Of a stretch of DNA of 64,000 nt, positions 1-9,168 are shown one piece after another; positions within the stretch are counted from its first letter, which is position 1, and each line of letters opens with the position of its first letter. The translations under genes and the position numbers were made by a program. The stretch is taken from contig BPKI01000001.1 of assembly GCA_026005055.1 (NCBI GenBank), positions 2,371,608-2,435,607 on the forward strand, given 5' to 3'. The notes beneath the pieces are model-generated. The model saw only the letters and a program-made list of their open reading frames with translations. It was not told where the DNA came from and did no database searches. This DNA comes from Lysobacterales bacterium. Its GTDB lineage: Bacteria > Pseudomonadota > Gammaproteobacteria > Xanthomonadales > BPKI01.

Positions 1-1297
<1,297 letters not shown>

Positions 1298-1488
1298 GTG
1301 GAAATCCCCCTGACGCGTGTGATCGTTTCGATTCCTATCCTATGCCCGCCGGGTGGAACAGGGAACGCGGCGCGGGGCCGCGATTCCCCCCTCGTCCAGT
1401 TCTCATTCAGCAACAGCTTACGCCCGGACCTTGTCTTCGCCCATATCGCTCATCGCCTCGCGGGCACCGACGGGCGCTTCTTGCCGCC

Positions 1489-2187
1489 TCAGCCGCCTCC
1501 CGCCGGCGGTGTACGCAGCAACGCGGTGATGCCCCGTGCCGTCTCCTCGATCCGGGCACGACCCACGGCCTCGTCTGCCGTGCTCGGTCCGGGAAGCCGC
1601 AGGAACCAGCCGGCGCCGATCTTCTCGCCGTCAGGAAAACGCCGCACATCGATGCGCAAGCTCGCGCTCGCAGCCGACCCTCGGGACGGCTCTGCGCTCA
1701 CCGCGAGCAACCAGTCGGCGGCGCTCTGGTGGCGCGCCAGGATCCGCGGCAAGTCGGCATCGCCATCCGCGCTGCCGAGCTCGATGACCGTCCATCCTTC
1801 CCTCGCCAAGGCCTCCGAAAGGATCCTGCACGCAGCCCCGGCGAGCTCGGCATCGCCGAAGCAAAGCAGGGCGATCCGCCCGCCGCCACCGGCCCCTCGC
1901 GCTTCCGTCCGGCTCGCATCGCGCGCTTGACTGTGCTCAGCCTCAGGCTTCGCCGTCGCATCCGCGCGCGGCGCGATCGGTCGCCCCTCCGACACCGCGG
2001 CGATGCGCTGCTGACGCTCCGCGCCAGCCGCACGCACCGTCCACTCCAAATGCTCGCGGTACGCCATCCAAAACAGGGGGATCGACAACAGGAAAGGCGA
2101 AAAACGCCAATCGCTAGCTGAACCAGGTCTCAGCATTCCCTGCCCAAATCCGTACGGTCCTTGATGGAACGAACGCTCCTCCTCCAT
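1489..2187 (-). CDS. Membrane-anchored protein with a TolB-N-like C-terminal domain (outer copy, called B1 here)
   Basis: 232-aa ORF with a short hydrophobic segment (FSPFLLSIPLFWMAY) and an acidic/Ala-rich linker. The C-terminal domain reads RIALLCFGD..GWTVIEL..DWLLAVS..LRIDVRRFPDGEKIGAGWF. It is clearly paralogous to the C-terminus of 2267-3160. The start is uncertain; an alternative Met lies at 2136. Confidence 0.6.
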   Translation of the reverse strand: MEEERSFHQGPYGFGQGMLRPGSASDWRFSPFLLSIPLFWMAYREHLEWTVRAAGAERQQRIAAVSEGRPIAPRADATAKPEAEHSQARDASRTEARGAGGGGRIALLCFGDAELAGAACRILSEALAREGWTVIELGSADGDADLPRILARHQSAADWLLAVSAEPSRGSAASASLRIDVRRFPDGEKIGAGWFLRLPGPSTADEAVGRARIEETARGITALLRTPPAGGG

Positions 2188-2266
2188 GAAGCCAAGGCAT
2201 CAGGGCGACTCGCCCGTTCTCCTGAGAAGCGCCGCCGCTCCGCGCCGACCATCACCTGGGAGCGCT

Positions 2267-3160
2267 TCAGCCTGAATTTCTTCCGAGCAGACCGAAAACC
2301 TGTGCAGCAATGTCGCGATATCGGGACACCGGAACCGCATTACCTTCCAGTCTCTGCTCATCAATCCGCATGAACCATCCGGCACCCATGCGTTCACCAC
2401 TCGGCATCCGTAGAACCTCGATCCGGAAATTTCCCTTGCGATTGCCTGGTAAACCCTCGCCTTGCGCTGTCAAGATCGCCAGGAAATCAACCTCGGACCG
2501 ATAACGCGCCGTCAGACGTCCAAAGTCAGGCGCATTCATTTGATCCTCGACCTCGAGTGCGATTACCGTCCAGCCCTGATCCCGTCCTGCTTGCTCCAAC
2601 GACTCCACTGCCGTTGCCGTCCAATCTCGCGCGCCGTACGCGAGGATGCCCAACTTGCGCCCTCCGCCCGTCCTCTTCGCTTGTTGATCCTTCTCCAACG
2701 CGGCAGCATGCGGCAAACGGCTCGCCTCGCCGGCACCCTGAGCCGGCCCCTTCTCCGCCATCGGAAACCTAACCACACTCGATCGCTCATATTCCCCACC
2801 TTTATTCTGTTGATGCCCGGCCACAGGCACCCCACCCTCCCCCTTTGCTGTTCCATGCCTCGGAGTCGTCACCCCACTACCCACGTTCCGAACTGGCACA
2901 CCAATCTCCGCCTTGTGACCAAACGAATCCCCCTCGACCGTCCTTTCACCACCGCCAGATTCGCTCACGGCGGCCGATGCTAAAGCTTTCTCCGCCGTAG
3001 CTTTCCGAATGGCTTGCACTTCGATCCAAAAGGTCACGAGCCAAACTAAACCCAAAAGGACTGGGGTTAAAGTGGTAATCGCAAAACCAATGGGCAAGAC
3101 TTTCGAATAATCCATTCCTACCGTGGCACCGCTCGCCTCTCTGTTCCCATCCGGAACCAT
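2267..3160 (-). CDS. Membrane-anchored protein with a TolB-N-like C-terminal domain (inner, low-GC copy, called B2 here)
   Basis: 297-aa ORF with TM VLPIGFAITTLTPVLLGLVWLVTFWI and a long Gly/Glu/Lys-rich linker. The C-terminal domain reads KLGILAYGA..GWTVIALE..DFLAILT..FRIEVLRMPSGERMGAGWF. The ATG at 3160 lies 3 nt after the upstream gene's TAG, with a GGAGAGGGGGG Shine-Dalgarno inside that gene's 3' end. Confidence 0.65.
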   Translation of the reverse strand: MVPDGNREASGATVGMDYSKVLPIGFAITTLTPVLLGLVWLVTFWIEVQAIRKATAEKALASAAVSESGGGERTVEGDSFGHKAEIGVPVRNVGSGVTTPRHGTAKGEGGVPVAGHQQNKGGEYERSSVVRFPMAEKGPAQGAGEASRLPHAAALEKDQQAKRTGGGRKLGILAYGARDWTATAVESLEQAGRDQGWTVIALEVEDQMNAPDFGRLTARYRSEVDFLAILTAQGEGLPGNRKGNFRIEVLRMPSGERMGAGWFMRIDEQRLEGNAVPVSRYRDIAAQVFGLLGRNSG

Positions 3161-3163
3161 CTT

Positions 3164-4459
3164 CTAGCCCCCCTCTCCGCGCATTGCCAACGCCAACTCC
3201 CGAATCAGCGCGAGATAGCGCTCACGGGGATACTGTGGATCGATCATGCGTATCCTAAGCAACATGTCGGGATGCGTCGAAAAAATACCGCGAGCAAAAT
3301 GAACTAACCTATACCATAGCCATTCAAACGCCCCGAACAAAGTGACCCTTAGACGACCCATCTTTGCCCAAAACCCCCTGCTGCGATAATGTCCTCGTTT
3401 CAAAACGATCCATTCTTTAGCACTGTAATACCTAGCAACCATATCCGACGCCGCAAGCGGATAGTCGATCATCAGCGCCGCGTAATTCGGATTTTCCGCT
3501 AGCGGGGTTGGCCGACGCGCAAGAACAATTTTTTCAAAAGCGCTGACCAATGCCTGTGGCTGACGGGTAAACTGTACCGCTGCCAGATCGGCGCGAAACT
3601 CCTGTCGCCGCGAATGCACAAAGTACAATATATGCGCGCCAACAACGCCCACAAAACCGATCATGCGCCACAATAGCGCCAGCAACCAAAAAGGCGCCAA
3701 TATAAGCATCAAGCCGAGGCTCACGCCCGCACGTGTCGACGGAACTTCAGTTCGACTAACGACAGTGCCATCCCGAACGTAGACCACTTCGTACGACGGT
3801 TTCGAAGCAATGATTGCAGCAAGGAAGAGGTATATCTTATTGAGAACCTTAGACAACCAGCGCCCGACAGAATACAGTGCGTGAAGGCCGGAAGAAACCG
3901 CTAAAAGATAAGACCCATCACGCGTGTCACCATAACGCAAATGTCCGAATTCATGCGCCATTACCGCTCGCAATTCGTCATCCGTCAAATGCTCCAGGGC
4001 CCCCGAGGTCGCGGCAACGGCTGATCCGTCCAGGTACACGCCACTGGCGAAAGCATTGATCGTTTGGTCGGGAATTATATATACGTCTGGCTTCGCGGGA
4101 AGATTGGCAGCCAAAGACACCTCTTCAACGATCCGTAGGAGCCGTTTTTGCTGCGGGTCATTCGTCCCAGGTTCTATCTTTTGACCGCCCAGCTCGACCG
4201 CCACTGCTCCGCCATCGGCGGCAATCTTGCTCATCGTCCAAAACGCGACGCCGCCAACGATGAGTCCAGCGATAATCATCGACAAGGGAGGAGCGATGAG
4301 AAAAATATCTGGGAACGCCAGCCCAATGATCGTCGAAATGAACGGCATGATGGCGAGAACGGTCAGATTGACGATGAACAAAAAGGCGATGACCGTGATC
4401 AGCGCCTGCCGGCTACGACGCCTCTGATCGGTGAAAAAGTCGACCGTCACTCGTTGCAT
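3164..4459 (-). CDS. M48-family (HtpX-like) integral-membrane zinc metallopeptidase (inner, low-GC copy, called A1 here)
   Basis: N-terminus MQRVTVDFFTDQRRRSRQ followed by 2 TM segments. HEFGHLRYGD provides the HExxH motif, two further TMs follow, and then RRQEFRADLAA (third-ligand Glu region). The start at 4459 was chosen over 4576 because of an AGGGGGGAG Shine-Dalgarno and the parallel with the paralogue. Confidence 0.8.
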   Translation of the reverse strand: MQRVTVDFFTDQRRRSRQALITVIAFLFIVNLTVLAIMPFISTIIGLAFPDIFLIAPPLSMIIAGLIVGGVAFWTMSKIAADGGAVAVELGGQKIEPGTNDPQQKRLLRIVEEVSLAANLPAKPDVYIIPDQTINAFASGVYLDGSAVAATSGALEHLTDDELRAVMAHEFGHLRYGDTRDGSYLLAVSSGLHALYSVGRWLSKVLNKIYLFLAAIIASKPSYEVVYVRDGTVVSRTEVPSTRAGVSLGLMLILAPFWLLALLWRMIGFVGVVGAHILYFVHSRRQEFRADLAAVQFTRQPQALVSAFEKIVLARRPTPLAENPNYAALMIDYPLAASDMVARYYSAKEWIVLKRGHYRSRGFWAKMGRLRVTLFGAFEWLWYRLVHFARGIFSTHPDMLLRIRMIDPQYPRERYLALIRELALAMRGEGG

Positions 4460-4922
4460 GGCTCCCCCCTTTGGTGCGCGACTTCCAATCGGACTTTCCC
4501 CTCCACTCGCTGAGCACGGCCTGCAGGCTGGCTCCAATGCGAGAGACGCTAACAGCATCAGACTAGAGAGCAGCATGACTCTCTGTCAACTATGCGAATG
4601 ACGAAGGGTCCTTCAAAACGTCGCCTCGGCGAAGTGTTTTTGCAATTTGTTGCATCGCAGCTGGGTCGTCGTCATTGTCGCGCTGGTACACGCTCCTTCA
4701 CGTCAGGAGCCGATGATTTTTCCCTGCGGCCGGTGTTCGGCCATCGCTCGCGGCGGAGCAAGGGTGCGAACGATCGCATCGCTTGCGATCGTCGATCAAC
4801 GTGAGGAATTTGGCAGAGTCCGAGGAAGGAGGCGTCCCTCTGGCGCTGGATGCATCGAGCCATCGGCGACTTGCCTTCGATGCGAGCCAACGGTCGAGCG
4901 CGAGATGCAGAGGGCCCCGTGG

Positions 4923-6089
4923 TCACCAGCGATTCCGCGTTGGCAACCCGCCGAAACCGCGGCCGCCCGCGTCCTCCCAGGCGAGCTTCAGCCATTCGAC
5001 CAGGGAGAAATAGCGCGCCATGGCCGTTTGCCCGAGCACCCCGGCGTCGATCAGGAAATGGGCATATTCCGATCTCGGCGCGGCGCGAGGAGGCAGGCGG
5101 TGGAAAACGATCTTCTCGAATAGCCCGACGATCGCCGCGGGGTTGCGCACCATCTGCAGCGCGTAGGCATCCGCCCGGTACTCCATGGTCCGGCGACCGG
5201 CCATCACGAGGAGTCTCGCCGCCACCGCGCCGATGCCCGCGAGCAGGCGCCAGGACCAGGCAAAAAGCCACGGAAAGATGAGCAACAAGGCGGCCGCGCC
5301 GGAGGAGGTGGGCTCCTCACCACGGGTTCTGATGGGCGCCTCCTCGGCCCGTGCGCGATGCCAAACCCAGTAGGCCGCGCTCCAATCGCTCGGTCGGATG
5401 GAACGCCGGACGCCGAAGTCGTCGGACTTCACGACCGAGAACCACAACCACCGCGTGACCGCACGCCCGACACGGTAGAGCGCGGATAGGCCGCGGGCGG
5501 CGGCGAAGAGATAGCTGCTGTCGCGGCAGTCACCGTAGCGAAGATGTCCGAACTCGTGCGCGACGAGCGCCGTGAGCTCCTCCCGCGAAAGCTGCTCGAG
5601 CGCACCCACGGTGACCCCGACCGCGAGGCGGTCGATGCGCACCCCCGCCGCCAAAGCATTGATCGACCCTGAGGGCAGCACATAGACGTCGGGAAGATAA
5701 GGCATCTGCGAGGCGATGGTGAGCTCCTCGACGACGTTCTGAAGCACCCGCGCCTGTCGCCCGTCCTCGTAGTCCTCGAGCGGAATCCCGCCGAGATCAC
5801 GGCAGACCGATCCACCGTCCCGCCTCAGCCGGTAAAAGGCCAGCAGCGTCGCGAAAGCCACCAGCGCGCCGACGATCAGCACGCTCAACGGCCAAACGTA
5901 GTTGATGAGGGGTATCGCCTTGCGATCGAAGTCGGCGAACAGCAGGACGAAAACCATGATGAAGACCGCGAGGACGAAGGTGATCGCCCACACCGTCACA
6001 TTCACCAGCACGAAGAAGAGGAGCGCAAGGAAAATCGCTTGCCGATTGCGCTGTCGCTGGATCGCGAAGAAATCCGCCGTCGCACGCAT
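4923..6089 (-). CDS. M48-family (HtpX-like) integral-membrane zinc metallopeptidase (outer copy, called A2 here)
   Basis: MRATADFFAIQRQRNRQ followed by 2 TM segments, HEFGHLRYGD, further TMs, and RRTMEYRADAYA. It is paralogous to 3164-4459 along its whole length. The start at 6089 is supported by a GGGGGGAG Shine-Dalgarno. Confidence 0.8.
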   Translation of the reverse strand: MRATADFFAIQRQRNRQAIFLALLFFVLVNVTVWAITFVLAVFIMVFVLLFADFDRKAIPLINYVWPLSVLIVGALVAFATLLAFYRLRRDGGSVCRDLGGIPLEDYEDGRQARVLQNVVEELTIASQMPYLPDVYVLPSGSINALAAGVRIDRLAVGVTVGALEQLSREELTALVAHEFGHLRYGDCRDSSYLFAAARGLSALYRVGRAVTRWLWFSVVKSDDFGVRRSIRPSDWSAAYWVWHRARAEEAPIRTRGEEPTSSGAAALLLIFPWLFAWSWRLLAGIGAVAARLLVMAGRRTMEYRADAYALQMVRNPAAIVGLFEKIVFHRLPPRAAPRSEYAHFLIDAGVLGQTAMARYFSLVEWLKLAWEDAGGRGFGGLPTRNRW

Positions 6090-6278
6090 GCTCCCCCCTT
6101 CGTCCTGGCAGCGAGCGCTCCCCGAGAGGCGCCGTTCCGCATGGCCTACCCGAGGAATCGTAGTCGCCGGTCCGCCTGCGATCAACGAGGCAGGACCGCA
6201 GGAATCGCCGCTCCTCGGCAGCCCCCCAAAAAAAGGGGCGCCCGGATGGGCGCCCCTCAGCCGATCGCTGGTGAGGAA

Positions 6279-7610
6279 TCAGCTCAGCCGCCGGTAGGCC
6301 ACGAAGCCGCCGACCAGCAGCGTGAGCAGGCCGAGCAGGTACCAGCCCCAGGCCGAGCCGGCCGGCACCGGCCGCGGCGGCGGCACCAGCGAGCCCGCGG
6401 GGCAGGTGACGTCATAAGTGAAGGTCTGCGGCGTGGCCTCACGATCATTGATCGTGCAGGTGACGGTGCCCGACTGCGGCGCCGCGGTCAGGGTGCAGCC
6501 CACCGTGAAGCCGGACGGGCTCGGCGTCGAGGTGCCCGGCGGCACGGTGATCGAGGCCGGGGTCACCGTGATCGGCGGGGTCGCCGTGCAGCTCGCCGTG
6601 GCGTTGGCGGCACCGGTCTCGCCCGGCGTCACCACCGTGAGCGGCAGCGTCGAGGTGACCGTGTTGCCCACGAAGCCGCCCGGCAGGGTGATCGGCCCGC
6701 TCGGCGGCAGGTTCAGATCCGCCGGCAGCGCGCCGGGGCAGGTGAGGTCATACCACTCGCTCCGAGGACCGCCCTGGTCGTTGACCCGGCACTCAAGCTG
6801 AGCACTGCGCGGGTTCGGACCGCGGTTGCATTGCACCGTGAAGGGCTCCGTGCGCGGGGTGCCGGCGGTGTAGGTGATCGGGAAGATCACCGCCGGGTTG
6901 AAGGAGAAATGCGCCGCATCGGGACCCAAGAAGGTGCAGTCGATGATCTGCCCGTTCGGGCCGCCGGGATCGCCCGGATTTCCGCCAGGCGCCGCCGAGG
7001 TGGCCGTGATGGTCGTGGTCGCGATGCCTGGCGAGGAGGGCGTCAGGGTGATCGGAAAGCCCGGCCCCGCCGGATTACCGTCCGGCGTGAAGCCGATCGT
7101 CGGCGCCTGCAGGGCGACGCGTTGATACTCCCACGGCACACCGGCTCGATTACAGGGCATGAAACCGAGCGGGTGCGCGCACTCGATGAACTCCTCGACG
7201 AAGGCATTCACGTCCGGACCACCCGGCGCGATGGTCAGCGCGAACTGACAGTACGCCGTCGGCGTTGACGTCAGAGGCGTTCCGCCTCCGCTCGGCGGGA
7301 TGATCCGCAGGCGCCGAGTGTTCGGTGCCGCGCAGGGCGCCGCGGAAACCTGATCGGCGCAGACCGAGCCCGGCACGAGGACGGTCGGCGTCACGCCGGT
7401 GATGATCGAGGGGTTGTAGCAGATGTCGAGCTGCGCATCCTCGGTCACACCGTCTCCGGCAAAGAGGTACTGCACGGTCACGGTTCCGCCGCTGGTCGAC
7501 GGCACGGTGATCGGATTGGTGTTCGTCGAGAACGTGCCCGCCTGCGCCCCACCCGCGAAGATCGCGAGCGACAGCGCGGCGGTGACGGCGAGTGAGAGCG
7601 GTCTGGTCAT
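6279..7610 (-). CDS. Secreted surface protein with an N-terminal cohesin-like module, Cys-bracketed Ig-like repeats and an IPTL-CTERM-like sorting tail
   Basis: Signal peptide MTRPLSLAVTAALSLAIFAGGAQA. The N-terminal module reads GDGVTEDAQLDICYNPS..RRLRIIPPSGGGTPL..YCQF..EEFIECAHP and is shared with 7681-8127. Pro/Thr/Gly-rich repeats contain paired Cys. The C-terminus is PVPAGSAWGWYLLGLLTLLVGGFVAYRRLS, i.e. motif, TM and basic tail. Confidence 0.7.
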   Translation of the reverse strand: MTRPLSLAVTAALSLAIFAGGAQAGTFSTNTNPITVPSTSGGTVTVQYLFAGDGVTEDAQLDICYNPSIITGVTPTVLVPGSVCADQVSAAPCAAPNTRRLRIIPPSGGGTPLTSTPTAYCQFALTIAPGGPDVNAFVEEFIECAHPLGFMPCNRAGVPWEYQRVALQAPTIGFTPDGNPAGPGFPITLTPSSPGIATTTITATSAAPGGNPGDPGGPNGQIIDCTFLGPDAAHFSFNPAVIFPITYTAGTPRTEPFTVQCNRGPNPRSAQLECRVNDQGGPRSEWYDLTCPGALPADLNLPPSGPITLPGGFVGNTVTSTLPLTVVTPGETGAANATASCTATPPITVTPASITVPPGTSTPSPSGFTVGCTLTAAPQSGTVTCTINDREATPQTFTYDVTCPAGSLVPPPRPVPAGSAWGWYLLGLLTLLVGGFVAYRRLS

Positions 7611-7680
7611 GATGAGCACTCCTTCCCTTCAGGGGCCAAAAAAAACGATACCGCAGCGAGGATTTTTTTGGAGCTGCGGT

Positions 7681-8127
7681 TCAACGCGACTCGGAGACGT
7701 CGAGGACGCGGTACTCACACGCGTGCATCCCGGTGGGCGAGGCACACTCGATGAACTCGTGGCGAAAGGCCGCGGAAGCATCCCCTTTGCTCAGATTCGC
7801 GCGGAAGAGGAACGAGCAGTACTCGACCGGCTTGACCGGGAGCGGCGTACCCCCGCCGGTGGGAGGGACGATGCGGATCGCCCGCTTGTTCTTCATCAGC
7901 ACGCAGACCGATCCATCGACGATCGTCTTGGCCGAGACGAACTCGAGCGACTCGTCGAAACCCAGATCGAGCTGGGCATCTTCGGTGACGCCGTCCCCCT
8001 GGAAAGTCACCAGGACGGTGACGCTACGACCTTTCTCGTGACCGGCCCAGACTTCGAACTGTCCCGCCGAAGCGCCCTGAGCCGATGCAACACCGATGAG
8101 CGCAGTGATCAATGGAAGATGACGCAT
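7681..8127 (-). CDS. Small secreted protein consisting of a single cohesin-like module
   Basis: Signal peptide MRHLPLITALIGVASAQGASA. The module reads VTVLVTFQGDGVTEDAQLDLGFDESLEFVSAKTIVDGSVC..IRIVPPTGGGTPL..YCSF..HEFIECASP. It is homologous to the N-terminal module of 6279-7610. The core resembles the cohesin signature (xQFDLxYDPxxLEFVSVxxG). Confidence 0.65.
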   Translation of the reverse strand: MRHLPLITALIGVASAQGASAGQFEVWAGHEKGRSVTVLVTFQGDGVTEDAQLDLGFDESLEFVSAKTIVDGSVCVLMKNKRAIRIVPPTGGGTPLPVKPVEYCSFLFRANLSKGDASAAFRHEFIECASPTGMHACEYRVLDVSESR

Positions 8128-8145
8128 GGAAGCAATCCTCGGAAA

Positions 8146-9009
8146 TCAGTTGCAGGTGGCGCTGGCGCTGAGCAGCGCGGTCACGCAGGAACGATCCGCG
8201 ACCGTGATCTGGCCGTCTTCGTTGCAGTCCGGCTGACCCGTCGCGGCATTGGACGGATTGTTGAGTTCTGCGGTGATCGCGCTCCGATCCGCGACGGTGA
8301 TGGTGTTGCTGCCGTTCGCATCGCCCCGGCACAGCCGCCCGATCGGGTTGCCCGCCGAGCGGGTGGACTCGTAGGCGTCGAAGCCGACGTTGGGCGAGCC
8401 CGAACCGCTGACGAAGCCCAGCCGCGCGAAGTCGATCGCCGCGCCGTTGGTGACGCTCAGGGTTTGGGTGTTCACCGTGTCACTGCCTCCGCCGCCGACC
8501 CGCACCCGCATCGTGTTCGCAGGGATGGGATCGGTGCCGGTGGTGGCCGTGGCGGTCGAGTTCATCGCCACCTCGACCGAATACCAGCGAGCCGCCGAGT
8601 TGATGGAGAAGTTGACCGGCGTGCCGCCGCGGTGGCGCACCTGGATCTCGTTGGTACCGCGGTTGACGATCACCTCGATCTCGTTGTTGTTGGTGTTGTT
8701 GCCGGCCTGATAAACGGTGGCGCTGCCCGAGGTGAGAGCGGTGAGGACGTAGAAGCGGGCGCGGAAGATCTGATCCGCGGCGGGGTCGTCGTTCTGGACG
8801 TAGTTGTTGGCAGCGCTCGCCCGCATCCCGCAGATGCCGCTGTAGCGGCGCACGGTGTTGTTGGTGTGGGCCGGACCGCCCGGCGTGGGCGAGCCGACGA
8901 TCGAGCCGTTCACGGTCCACGCGTTGAGCGTGCAGGCCTCGGCGCCGGACGCGAACAGCAACGCCGCGCCCACGGCGGCCGAGAGCAACGAAAATCTGGT
9001 CTTCGACAT
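8146..9009 (-). CDS. Secreted protein with a beta-rich N-terminal domain and a C-terminal dockerin-like double EF-hand repeat
   Basis: Signal peptide MSKTRFSLLSAAVGAALLFASGAEA. The C-terminus holds two 12-residue Ca-loop-like repeats, each followed by a helix: GDANGSNTITVADRSAITAEL and DCNEDGQITVADRSCVTALL. These fit a DxNxD/SGxxxxxD spacing. Confidence 0.7.
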   Translation of the reverse strand: MSKTRFSLLSAAVGAALLFASGAEACTLNAWTVNGSIVGSPTPGGPAHTNNTVRRYSGICGMRASAANNYVQNDDPAADQIFRARFYVLTALTSGSATVYQAGNNTNNNEIEVIVNRGTNEIQVRHRGGTPVNFSINSAARWYSVEVAMNSTATATTGTDPIPANTMRVRVGGGGSDTVNTQTLSVTNGAAIDFARLGFVSGSGSPNVGFDAYESTRSAGNPIGRLCRGDANGSNTITVADRSAITAELNNPSNAATGQPDCNEDGQITVADRSCVTALLSASATCN

Positions 9010-9168
9010 GGTGCGGAATCCCCGACGAGATGCGGATGGAGTGGTTTTGCGATCGAGCTCCCCGAGTCGCCCCGCCGCGACGGAACGGCTCTAGGTTACC
9101 CGATTAGACGTCGCCAGGCGAGCGAACCGGACAGTCGCCGACGAGCGGCGGCACCACCGCAGGCACCC

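Noticed and set aside
2188-4660. Calling the low-GC segment, or the 18.3-20.1 kb insert, a mobile element
   Set aside because: No transposase, integrase, recombinase, terminal inverted repeats or flanking direct repeats are visible at either boundary. They are therefore reported as compositional or synteny anomalies only, not as mobile_element features.
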